A stretch of 64,000 nucleotides of DNA from Octopus bimaculoides (lineage: Eukaryota). The notes below the pieces were generated by a model. It searched no databases. It worked only from the letters and a program-made list of their open reading frames with translations, and was not told the DNA's origin. The position numbers were made by a program, and so were the translations under genes. Positions 50,388 to 61,692 of this stretch are shown here, piece after piece (position 1 is the first letter of the stretch; each line of letters opens with the position of its first letter). The stretch lies in the NCBI RefSeq assembly GCF_001194135.2, contig NC_068984.1:57739357-57803356 (forward strand), read 5' to 3'.

Positions 50388-51614
50388 ATGTTTCTTCCAC
50401 AAGAGTCTGAATCTTCAGAACCAGATACACAAGCTGAGAAAAGATTATTTCCTTGCTCAACATGTGGCAAAAGGTTTTTAAACAGAACACATTTTAACAT
50501 ACATCAAAGGACACACACAGGAGAAAAACCTTTCAGTTGCGAAACTTGTGGTAAAAGTTTTTCGCAAAAATGTCATCTAATACAACATATAAGGATTCAT
50601 ACCGGGGAGAGGCCATTTCAGTGTGGTGCATGTGAAAAAACTTTTGTTCAAAGTTCTCACCTTAGAAACCATATTAAATCCCATTTGGACGAATTTCCTT
50701 TTACATGTGAGATGTGTGGTAAAGGGTTTTCAGAAAAGGTGGTTTTAGATGAACATATAGAAATGCATGAAAGGGAAAAGTGGACCAAACAGAAGATACT
50801 CACAAAAAATTCTCTAACTCCTCTTGTTAATACAGAATATATGAAAGCTTGTCAAGAAGCAAACATTTTATGTTGTGACGTATGTGGAAAAGATTTTCCA
50901 ACAGTTTCAAAGCTTAAAACTCATAAAAGATTCCATGTTAAAGAGAAAAGAGTTTCTTGTGAAATATGTGGGGGAAAATTTTTTAATGGATCTGATTTAA
51001 GTATACATCTAAGAACACACACTGGAGAGAAACCATTTCATTGCGAGGTTTGTGGGAAAAATTTCTCCCAAAGTCCTCATCTTATACAACACATACGAAT
51101 ACACACTGGGGAAAATCCTTTCCCCTGTGAGATATGTGGGAAAAACCTTTCTTCTAGATCACACTTAAAAATTCATAAAAGATCACATACTGGAGAAAGG
51201 CCTTTCCATTGTCAAATTTGTGGTGATTCATTTTCATGTAGTTCTCATTTAAGTGCACATATAAGGATACATACTGGAGAGAAACCCTTTAAATGTGAGG
51301 TCTGTGGAAAATATTTTTCACAAAATTCTCATCTTACACAGCACAGGAGAACACATACTGGAGAAAAGCCTTTTTCTTGTAAAATCTGTGCTAAAGGATT
51401 TACTTTAAAATCTGGCTTGAAATTTCATCTCCAGAAACATTCATGTTCAAAGACTTTTCATTGTGAATTTTGTGAGAGAAAATTTACAAATAATTTCCGT
51501 TTTATACAACACTTAAGAACACATACTAAGGAAAGGCCTTTTCTCTGTGAAATATGTGGGAAGAAATTTTCACAAAGTTGTAACCTTAAACTGCATAAGA
51601 AAACACATTCTTGA
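50388..51614 (+). CDS. C2H2 zinc-finger protein ZNF-B (13 fingers in 4 + 9 arrays)
   Basis: Intact 408-aa ORF with 13 C-x2-C-x12-H-x3-H units, many TGEKP linkers, and a spacer of about 35 aa after finger 4. Confidence 0.95.
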   Translation: MFLPQESESSEPDTQAEKRLFPCSTCGKRFLNRTHFNIHQRTHTGEKPFSCETCGKSFSQKCHLIQHIRIHTGERPFQCGACEKTFVQSSHLRNHIKSHLDEFPFTCEMCGKGFSEKVVLDEHIEMHEREKWTKQKILTKNSLTPLVNTEYMKACQEANILCCDVCGKDFPTVSKLKTHKRFHVKEKRVSCEICGGKFFNGSDLSIHLRTHTGEKPFHCEVCGKNFSQSPHLIQHIRIHTGENPFPCEICGKNLSSRSHLKIHKRSHTGERPFHCQICGDSFSCSSHLSAHIRIHTGEKPFKCEVCGKYFSQNSHLTQHRRTHTGEKPFSCKICAKGFTLKSGLKFHLQKHSCSKTFHCEFCERKFTNNFRFIQHLRTHTKERPFLCEICGKKFSQSCNLKLHKKTHS

Positions 51615-51802
51615 AAGACGATTTTTCTATCTATCTTTAGAAATCCATTAAATATTTCCTCTTCAATATTTCTTTTTTCTTTTACTTCTTAAATGACAAC
51701 TACATTTTTAACTCTTCTTAAATTACAATGTCAAGATGGTTGTTGCACCTAATTGGAGAGAAAAGGTTGGATACAGGGTTTACAATGAGATACAATGTAG
51801 AT

Positions 51803-51808
51803 AATAAA
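51803..51808 (+). terminator. Candidate poly(A) signal of ZNF-B
   Basis: First AATAAA about 190 nt after the stop codon. Confidence 0.4.
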
Positions 51809-51987
51809 ATGATGAGAGGTAAATGCATCAGATGAGCTGAGAAGAAAATTTATGAATTAGAAAGTTCAAAAGAGCAGAGATTATGGGAGAAGTAGGTTTT
51901 AGCTTGACTGAGAATTAGGAGTCTAGTACATGTGTAAGTGTAATGAATGCATTCTCTTGCATATATGAGCGGTGTACCACTTAGGTA

Positions 51988-52657
51988 TATGAGGTCTGAT
52001 CAATAAGTATCTGGACTTTGCTTGGCAAAGATTGACTTTGAACTCTGCAGTGCATGCACACTAAGTTTTAACATTCTAGCTCACTTCTACTGTTTACAGC
52101 AGTGCTTGGAAGGAAAGTATGTAGCATGTGATTGTCACATTGACCATGACAAAGAAAGTTGTCATGAGAGTGGAAATCGTCAAATTGCCATCCATGAGTT
52201 ATCAGAGGATGTGCAGATTAGTTACAGTTCAGTTCAGTCTATTATCATTGAAGATTTAGGTATGAGACATGTCTGCCAAGTTTGTACCAAAATTGCTTTC
52301 AGCTGACCAAAAAGACACTCACATTTCAGTTGCACAAGATCTCCTTGATTGTGTTGAGAACAATGGAAACATTTTGAAAATTTTGCATTGGCCTCTGAGC
52401 AAGTATTGCCATGCTTTTGGCAAAATTTGATGCAGATTTTCTGCTCAACTTTCACTGTCATGGTCAATGTGACAATCACACGCTACACACCTTCCTTCCA
52501 AGCACTGTTGTAAACAGTGGAAGTTAGCTAAAAAGTTAAAACTTAGTGCACATGCACAGCAAAGTACAAGGTCAATCTGTGCCAAGTGGCTTCACTTTGC
52601 GTGCTTTAGCTTCGTTACTATGGCAACAGTCTGGATATTTATTGTTCAGACCACATA
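51988..52657. mobile_element. mariner-derived foldback element made of two 5' ends
   Basis: TA-flanked TIRs tatg(a/t)ggtctga.caataa.tat. Both arms carry the 5'UTR up to ttgaccATGac. Minus arm reads VEQKICIKFC; plus arm reads LGMRHV..KFVPKLLSADQK. Confidence 0.8.
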
Positions 52658-54016
52658 TATCTGAACCTTGTTGAGCATTTAAAAGATCTGAAGTATTTGG
52701 AGGTAGAAACTTTCCTTTCTTGACTATATAAGGTTTCCAGGTAGAATCATTACAGATTATTTGTTCTTTCATGAAGAAAAGTGCTATTTTTAATCTGTAA
52801 TATTCATTGGTAAAAAAAAATAGAGTTGTGGTGTGAATCCTAGAGATGTCTCTTAAGATCATATAACAGGTAGCATTTGTTTAATATCTATACTATGTTA
52901 GAAGGTCTGATTTGCAAATTTAATGGGAGATTGTGTGTATGTTTTATCTCTCTTGAGAGAAAGAGAGAGTTTAGGACAAAATAAGGAGTGCTTTCATTAA
53001 CCTAGTAATTCAGAAACATTATTGAAGTAAAAAAGGAAAATGCAATGGAAGTGACTGTGTCATATGGTTAGATGAGTTTGAAGGAAAGCTTTGTCAATGC
53101 ATGATGCACTAGAAGGGATTATAAATAATGCTTCAGTTTTGAATGTAGTCGATATGCAGATTGCTTTGCCAGTAGATTGATCTGCTGCTAGACATTGTGG
53201 AAAATGGTAACTTTGCCTTCATCAGAATTTAACAGAAGAGAATTTTTGTTTGTGATTTTGTAATGCAGCTTCATTGTCACTAGGATAATTAATGTCTTCA
53301 TGAACATAAAAATGTTGAAATGAATGTCGTAGAGAATTAGTGTGTTTTCGGGTGCTGTACTGAAACTTCACTTTTCAGGTAGGCTAGTGCATTGAGTCCT
53401 TATCCTACTTTCCCTCCAGCTGTCACAATATAGCTATTCTGCTGTGTTGAGGCTGAGAAGATGTCTATGTCTGCTCACAACTACACTGGCATCTTAAACA
53501 ATTAGCAAAAGTATTGATTTTGTATAAAGGTCCTCCTGAAGATGATGGTTGTAGAGTTTTAGTAAGGTTTATGTTGTTGAGATATTGACTCTATTTTAAT
53601 TCACTTGGCAGCTATGAGAAAAGCAAATGGAATGAGAAGCAAAATTGAAACATGCTGTATTCACTGAGTAAGTTTGCATGTTGGAGAAGTGTTCTGATGA
53701 ATTTTAAAATTTGAAAGCATTTAAATCTTACTGTTTTCAGTTGTAATTTGCTGGTATTAATATCAGAAAAATAAAGACAGGAGAATTGCAGAAGCAGTAG
53801 ATCAATGAAACTATAAGTTCAAATCCTTACAGTCAACTTTGTCTTTTATCTTTCAGGGATGATATTTGAACAGACCTGTGATTAAAAGTAATGAACAAAC
53901 AATACATTTATAAAAGTTAAATCCAACAGTGGTGGCTACAATAGATAAATCTGCCTTAAACACATACAATTTCTTTAAAAGATGTAATTTTTTTTTTTTC
54001 ACATATTGTGATTTTT

Positions 54017-54300
54017 ATCATCATCATTGTTTAATATCTGCCTTCCATTCTGTCATGGGTGGGACGGTTTAACGAGCCGGCCAGGCAGAAACCTGCACCA
54101 GATTTCTGTAACTTTTGGCAGGATTTTTACAGCTGGATGCCCTTCCTAACACCAACCACTCAGCAGAGTGGACCTAGTGCTTTTTACATGGCACAAGGTC
54201 TGTTTTGGCAAGGTTTTTACAGCTGGATGCCCTTCCAAATGCCAAACACTTTACAGTGTGGACTGGGTGCTTTTAAGTGGCACCTGCACTGACAGGGTCA
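54017..54300 (-). mobile_element. RTE-type 3' tail with an internal duplication of about 80 bp
   Basis: (ATC)n start and two copies of ttttacagctggatgcccttcc...gtgctttt...ggcac. Confidence 0.7.
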
Positions 54301-54494
54301 CCAAGTACAGGTATACCTCACCCTACAATGTTAATTGGTTCCAGGAGACATGAATTAACTTGTCACTAGGCTAAACCGATAATAACCATTCCCAGTTCTG
54401 TACTTTATTTATGAATGCATTTTCAATAATACATGGTTAATAAAAAAACTATTTTAAGCTTACAAATAAATAATTTTTATTTTTTAATACAGTA

Positions 54495-54814
54495 NNNNNN
54501 NNNNNNNNNNNNNNNNNNNNNNNNNNNNNNNNNNNNNNNNNNNNNNNNNNNNNNNNNNNNNNNNNNNNNNNNNNNNNNNNNNNNNNNNNNNNNNNNNNNN
54601 NNNNNNNNNNNNNNNNNNNNNNNNNNNNNNNNNNNNNNNNNNNNNNNNNNNNNNNNNNNNNNNNNNNNNNNNNNNNNNNNNNNNNNNNNNNNNNNNNNNN
54701 NNNNNNNNNNNNNNNNNNNNNNNNNNNNNNNNNNNNNNNNNNNNNNNNNNNNNNNNNNNNNNNNNNNNNNNNNNNNNNNNNNNNNNNNNNNNNNNNNNNN
54801 NNNNNNNNNNNNNN
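54495..54814. other. Assembly gap (N run)
   Basis: Ns. Confidence 1.
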
Positions 54815-56057
54815 CATTTACTATATGTATTTTAATATGATTTTATATGCTTTTATTCTTATTTATTGTACAGTAACATGATTTTATGTGCTAGTGATTT
54901 TAAAATTCCAATATTTGTGGCAGACATGTAAAGTCGAGTAAAATAACTTAACTTGACTTTTATTTTTCTATATATTATTTTTGAAACCGATGTATAATTG
55001 AGAACGACTTAAGCCGAGGTATTCTTTTCTTTTATTCTGTATGCCTGTACTTGCAAGACAAAAAAAAATACTCTTTTGAGAGGGGAGGAGGCATTTAATT
55101 TTTAAAATTGTTAAAATTTATCTGAGTTGCTGTAAGGGTGGGATTATAGGCTGCTTCCTGAAATTAGTGGACATACTGTAGATGTGAATGTGCAATTCTG
55201 TAAGCAGAATTTTCATAATGATAGGATATCCCGATATTCCACTTTAAGATCCTTCAACATTTCTATAAAATCTTTTATTCAATGCCTTTATATTTTAGGA
55301 AGTTAATACAGTTTGTTACAATTTTAATCACATATTTCATTCTTAGAGAATATGCATATTTGCATCCTCCAGTCTTGCTAATTTCAGCTTTTTAACTACA
55401 TGAAAAGAGGATACAAAGTTTCTTAAAATATTTTACGATGAATAGTAGAGATTACCTCTACCATTTAATCTCTACTTTGTTTTATAAGAAAGACTATGCA
55501 TAGGAATTTTGATTCAGTCCTTCAGCATCACACTTAAACAGGTGTCCTCAACTATTGCCTTTAAGCTAACTAATGGCATGTGAGCAGAATAGGTCGACAG
55601 AAACTGCATGGATGCCTATCATTCGTTCATGTATGTATGCATGCATTAATACACTTGTGTGCATGTGTAAAAGTTGCTATTTTCACTTTCTGCACAAGAC
55701 TGTCTGAGCAAAAAGTGTTATATTTACATTTCCTCCTGTAGTTCTGTGCTCTAGAAAAGTGGAATTGAAATCTCCCCTACATATAAACAGGTAAGAATTG
55801 GAGACAGAAATAGCATCTGACCATAAAAATACTACCTCTGATAATATCCATCCAACCTCTGCCAGCATAGAAAAGTGGACATAAAACAAACAAATGAAAA
55901 GTTAAACTAAATGAATGGAAATAACTTTTAAACATTTACAAATTTGAAACAAATTATCAAAATTTTAACTATTTTGGAGATTTAGTTGTGATTTCTAGCA
56001 GGCTGTAGGTAATTCTATCCCTGCTAAGGACTGTGCCTTGCCTCTTAATTATTATTG

Positions 56058-56949
56058 GAATTCAAGACAGGATGCCCCTAGGAGCTCCTCTATGCTGATG
56101 ACCTTGCGCTAATTGCTGAGTCACTATCAGAACTAGAGAAGTTTCAGGTGTGGAAGTAAGGACTAGAATCAAAGGGCCTTAGAGTCAACCTAGCCAAAAC
56201 CAAAGTCCTAATAAGTAGGAAGGTAGACAAAACACAAACCCCTTTCAGGTAGATGGCCCTGCTTGATCTGTAGAAAAGGCGGGCGTAGGTAGAAACTCTA
56301 TAAGATGTACCCTGTGTAACAAACATTAGGCCTCACCGAGGCAATGACTTGTGACCAAGACCTTTGGAAATATGCAGTGCGTGAGAAGACCCGGCAAGCC
56401 AAGTGAGACCATAATCCGAGGCCTCTGCCAGGGGTGTAGCCAGCCCACTTATGCATGCCTTTCCTTCATTGGACACTAAACTCTGCTTGTGAAGACCTGT
56501 TGAGGCAAGTGAAATCAAAATTAAACCGAATTCGATGACTGGCACCTGTGTCAGTGGAGTGCTAAGAGTACCATCCGAGCGTGATCATTGCCAAAGCAGC
56601 TGTTTGGCTTCTGTGCCAGTGGCATGTAAATAGCACCATTTGAGCGTGATCGTTACCAGCATCACCTTACTGGCACATGAAAAAACATCCGAGTGAGATC
56701 ATTGAGAGTGCTGCTGGACTGGCTCTTGTGCAGGTGGCACGTAAAAAACACCATTTTGAGCGTGGCCGTTGCCAGTACTGACTGACTGGCACATAAAAGC
56801 ACCCACTACTCTCTCGGAGTGGTTGCCGTTAGGAAGGGCATCCAGTTGTAGAAACTCTGTCAGATCAGATTGGAGCCTGGTTCGCCAGTCCTTACTCAAA
56901 TCGTCCAACCCATGCTAGCATGGAAGGCGTTAAATGATGATGATGATGA
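56058..56949 (+). mobile_element. Internally deleted RTE LINE (RT piece, ORF2 end, 3'UTR, (GAT)n)
   Basis: EFKTGCP*ELLYADDLALIAESL...RCTLC jumps at about 56320 to LGLTEAMTCDQDLWKYAVREKTRQAK* (TGA 56404-06). Then a repeat-containing UTR and a gatgatgatg tail. Confidence 0.85.
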
Positions 56950-57383
56950 GGTAAGCTCATCATATTTGGATGTAAAGCTAAAGCAAAAGTTTAAAAAGTG
57001 GGTGCAGGTGAAGTATACTAATACCAAGTTTTGTTGGTAAATAAGAAATACTGAGTTATTAGAATCTAAAAGAGAGTTCATGGATATCAATTCATTCCAT
57101 GAATTTTTTGGAAATACCTGTTTTCAGACTTCATTGTATTTGTATCTAGTTGATGAATCACTCTTTCAAAGCAACAAACCCTTTTTGAAGGCTTGTTGTA
57201 GATGCTATTTACAGCCATTCTGCTAATCTTTTGAAAGGCAAATCGAAATCATTTATTGCCGATTTTATCTTAGGATACTAATTTTCACCTCTGGTTGTTC
57301 TAAGCATTGAGTTTACAGAAAATAACTCTCTCCCATTGCAAAGTTTGTCAACTGCCTTGTTTCTTACATTGGTCAAATTATGA

Positions 57384-58121
57384 TTCTTTTACTTGTTTCA
57401 CTCATTTGACTGTGGCCATGCTAGAGCACTGCTTTTAGTCAGACAAATCGACCCCAGGACTTATTCTTTGTAAGCCTAGTACTTATTTTATCGGTCTCTT
57501 TTGCAAAACTGCTAAGTTACAGAGACGTAAACACCCAACATCGGTTGTCAAGCAATAGTGGGGGGGACAAACACAAACACGCACACATATACATATATAT
57601 ATATATATATACACACATATGACAGCCTTCTTTCAGTTTCCGTCTACCAAATCCACTCACAAAGCTTTGGTCAGTCCGAGGCTATAGTAGAAGGCACTTG
57701 CTCAAGGTGCCATGTAGTGGGACTGAACCCAGAACCATGTGGTTGGGAAGCAAGCTTCTTACCACACCATTTCTTTTTTATTAACCAAATCTTTACAAAT
57801 AAAATACACCTGCTTTTTATTTACTTCTAAACAATTCAGTGAACCTTATATAAGTATTATTGCTGGCAACTTTTTTTTTACTCTTGTTAGTAGTAGTTCT
57901 AGCGTAACCAACAAGCTAGCAGAATTGTTATTGTGCCATGCAAAATGCTTAGTGGTATTTCTTCCAGTTTTACGTTCTGAGTTCAAATTCAACTGGGGTT
58001 GACAATGCTTTTCATCCTTTCACGATTGATAAAATAACTACCAGTTGAGTACTGGGGTCAATAAAGTTGACTAACCACTGCCCACAAAATTTCAGGCCTT
58101 GTGCCTATAGTAAGGAAGAAT
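57384..58121. mobile_element. SINE A(-) 57384-57768 and SINE B(+) 57912-58121
   Basis: Similarity to the other copies. Confidence 0.8.
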
Positions 58122-58395
58122 TTATATGTACTAACAAAGAAATAGGTGCTTATTCTATGCATCCCTTAAAATCCAATGTTTTTTTTTGTTTTTGTTTTTG
58201 CCTCATTCAAAACTATATCAAAGGGTGAAATTTCCTTGCTGATTGAGAGACACGGATCTGCCTGCAGGCACAAGTAATTCTTAGATTTTGTCTTGGGTGA
58301 CAAAAGAGAACTGAATCTAGATTTATCGAAGTATGTTATTGTAAATGGAATGACATAGTTTGTGGTTTTTATCTCCTCAAGATTAAATCTACATC

Positions 58396-58738
58396 GGATC
58401 TTTTTGGTTTGACGGGCAACACTTGTTTTCTTAACGAAACACTTTCAAACATGGGATACTGGTAGAATGTGTCATATAAACAACGGCACTAATTTTATTC
58501 AAGGGAAAAGATCCCATGACACCGTTGTTTACATTCCACGGCACTAATTGTTTTCACCTCAATAGACGTCAATGATTGGTTGAAATTACCGAAATACGAC
58601 AACTTTTTACATGAAATAACTTCGAATACAAAATTTTTTATCTATTCTATAACACAAAATATACAAGTAGTGTTTCGGTACCAAAAACACTACATAAAAT
58701 ATAAATGAAAAATGTTGCCCGTCAAACTAAAAAGATCC
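58396..58738. mobile_element. GGATC-terminal MITE with an 8-bp TSD
   Basis: TIR ggatctttttggtttgacgggcaaca / tgttgcccgtcaaactaaaaagatcc. TSD tctacatc at 58388-95 and 58739-46. Confidence 0.88.
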
Positions 58739-59049
58739 TCTACATCTACTGAATAATAACGTTCTTTGTGTGCTTTGATATAATAATGAATGAAGGGTGT
58801 GGGAATTTCTGTTCTGTATGGTCACGCAACCTATTAGAAATAATAGCCAATCTTCCCTGAAATTACAGCCATCCGTCTTGAAAAACGAAAAGGAGACACA
58901 ATAGATAATGTAGCCCTAGATATACTCTACCTGAAACAAAAACGGGATAACCCCAGACGGAACATCTTTGATTATAGTTCCGTTGGATCAGAGCTGACCA
59001 AAAAGACTGAGGAAGGAAATCTATTTGTCGTTTTTTTAGTGGTGATGGT

Positions 59050-59190
59050 GGGGATTCTACTTGCACGTGTTTGTGCGTGACGTAATTCGTAATTATGCTT
59101 GAAAAACGTCTTTCTTATGACGAAATAAAATATTAATGTCAATTTTTCTATTATTGATAATATTATTCTACAGGTAAGCAACTGGATGTT
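59050..59190 (+). promoter_or_regulatory. Promoter-like CpG patch with a donor site
   Basis: CACGTG, TGACGTAA and the donor CAG|GTAAGC at about 59173. Confidence 0.3.
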
Positions 59191-60124
59191 TAACTAATTT
59201 CACATTTCTCTTGCAATTAATTGGCTATAGGGCGCAAGTTTAAAAATAAATTGCTCTCACAAATAACACTAAGTAAGTGATGCGGAATTTATTGATATTT
59301 AAGCTCCTGTGTTTATTTTTTAATATTTTGAAATTCCCGATGTCTTTATCGATAAATTTTCAAAGTGAATATTGAATTCAGAATAAAAGCTATACGAAAA
59401 ACTTCTAGGTCCTTAAATTTCTCGTCTCGGATCGATTTTCTTAAAGATTCCTGCTCCATACTAGACGAAATATACACTTTATTTCCAAAATATATAATAC
59501 ACTTCAAACTGGGCGACAGGAATGATTCAGTGATTTAGAGAAAAATTTTCTGCTTTAATTTTCATTAATGAAAATTAAGGAATATGAAGAGCAGTATGAT
59601 GGCTCTGACTAGCGTGAAATATTGATAGAAACATTTACAGTACCATTATTGGCATCAAGAAATCTTATAAGAATACTTTTAATTTTTTAATTTGCAATTT
59701 TAAAGTACTATCAGATCAAAGCTACATCTCAGGTGACAAAAGATCCTGTAGACGATCGCTAGAAATGGCAGTCAAACATCCGTCAACTCACACACTACCA
59801 TCAAAAATAAAAATTCATTTAACAATGTAATCTTTGGTATTCAAAAGACAAGATAGTCAGGGTTAGAACGCCTTTAATGATAGGTCTGCTCGATCAGGGC
59901 TGACCCGGAGATAAACAGCTACAACCTGGAAGTTCATTATAAACCTCACGCAACCCAACTCTTGGCAAAATCTTTTATAATCAAAACTTGTGGTGAGATC
60001 GAGATTTTCGTTGTTGGTTAGCTCCAAGTCAGCACAGATTAGATAAACCTACGGTCAAATACATTCTGACTGTAACCATCCTGTTCTTTTATATATTTAA
60101 ACATTGTCCTTTTTTCTTTTAGAA

Positions 60125-60283
60125 CAGTAGTTCCCAACTTTTTCACAACCAAGGACTCCTTTTATTTAAATGAGTTTTCCCACGAACCCCTTTTAATATG
60201 CTTATCCTTATGTATGTATATATGAAATTTTAGCTCACAGACCCCCTGTATTACTTTTACGGACCACAGGTTGGGAACCACTG
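60125..60283. mobile_element. hAT (Charlie-like) MITE
   Basis: cagtagttcccaac...gttgggaaccactg, with an 8-bp TSD ttttagaa / ttttagat. Confidence 0.85.
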
Positions 60284-60889
60284 TTTTAGATGGACGTTTG
60301 TGAGTTGTTTTTTGTTTTAGTTTGAATGCTGTATTTTCACAGGTGCGGCGCATCGAGGCTGTTTCTAACGGAAGACGGTTTAATCCACCGATCAAAGAGT
60401 GAGTTTACCAGGCTATACAAACTTACATTCGGAATCATTATATTTAGAGGAATTATTATGCGATAAACTTGAAATACTCAAGAAGGTAGCTTACCATAAA
60501 ACGTGCTTTTTGTAAAAGAAAAAGATGAATAGTTACGATCTTACACTGTTTCAGATTTAAATGTCATTTTGCTCTAAACATATATATACATATTAAAAAT
60601 GGGGAAGGCCGGTTTATGGGATTACCATGGGCTTCCTGTCATTAAACCTCTTGTTACCATATTTCTGTTGAGATGCCCTGTTTCTCTCAATTTAAAATAT
60701 AACAAAGAATTTAGTAAAATAACTTAGTTATCATTAAGCTAATGTTAAGAACATAAATTGTGACTAAGGTTTAGTGGAAGATTTTAATTTAGAACTTATG
60801 AAAACAAGACATTTGTACTACAGAGCCAGGCGGGTTGGCATCAAAAAGGTTATAAGGTTTAGCTTTATGGCGTATCGTCAGAACCCAAA

Positions 60890-61100
60890 CGCGGCAAGCT
60901 GGCAGAAACGTTAGCATGCCGGGCGAAATGTTTAGCGATATTTCGTCTGTCTTTATGTTCTGAGTTCAAATTCCGCCGACGTTGACTTTGTCTTTCATCC
61001 TTTCAGAGTCGATAAATTAAGTACCAGTTGCATACTGGAGTCGATCTAATCGACTGGCTCCCTCCCCCAAAATTTCGGGCCTCATATCTAGAGTAGAAAA
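60890..61100 (+). mobile_element. SINE family B with an 18-bp TSD
   Basis: gtatcgtcaga(a/t)cccaaa at 60872-89 and 61101-18. Confidence 0.85.
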
Positions 61101-61192
61101 GTATCGTCAGATCCCAAAAACCTATTGGCCCATGACCTCTTAAAAATATGGAACTATAAAATATTTTTTCCAGCAACATTCGGATGTACAGC

Positions 61193-61692
61193 GGATCTTT
61201 TTTAAAACGGGGGCCACATTTTTCATTAACGAAACACTTTGAAACTTGGAACACTGGTAGAATGTGTCATATAAAACATCTTTTTCTCTTAGTCTTCTTT
61301 ANNNNNNNNNNNNNNNNNNNNNNNNNNNNNNNNNNNNNNNNNNNNNNNNNNNNNNNNNNNNNNNNNNNNNNNNNNNNNNCCTAACCCTACGGTTAGGGTT
61401 AAAGCAAATTTAAAATGAAAAAAGCAAATAAAACGAAGGTATGGAGATTAAATACGCTTTACATCGCTTAATCAGCCAAAGGAGTAAATATAAACAACTG
61501 AATACTTGTCAGTGATTGGTTGAAATTATCGAAATAAGACAATTTTTTACATGAAATAAATTCGAATACAAAAATATTTTTCTGTTCTATAACACAAAAT
61601 AGATAAGTATACGAAGTTTGAAAGTCTTTCCGTACCAAAAACACTACGTAAAACATTAATGAAAAATGTGGCCCCCGTTTTAAAATAGATCC
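61193..61692. mobile_element. Second GGATC-terminal MITE (related to 58396), spanning the gap 61302-61379
   Basis: TIR ggatc...aaaacgggggccacattttt. The internal sequences acactggtagaatgtgtcatataaa and gattggttgaaatta.cgaaata are shared with 58396-58738. Confidence 0.8.
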
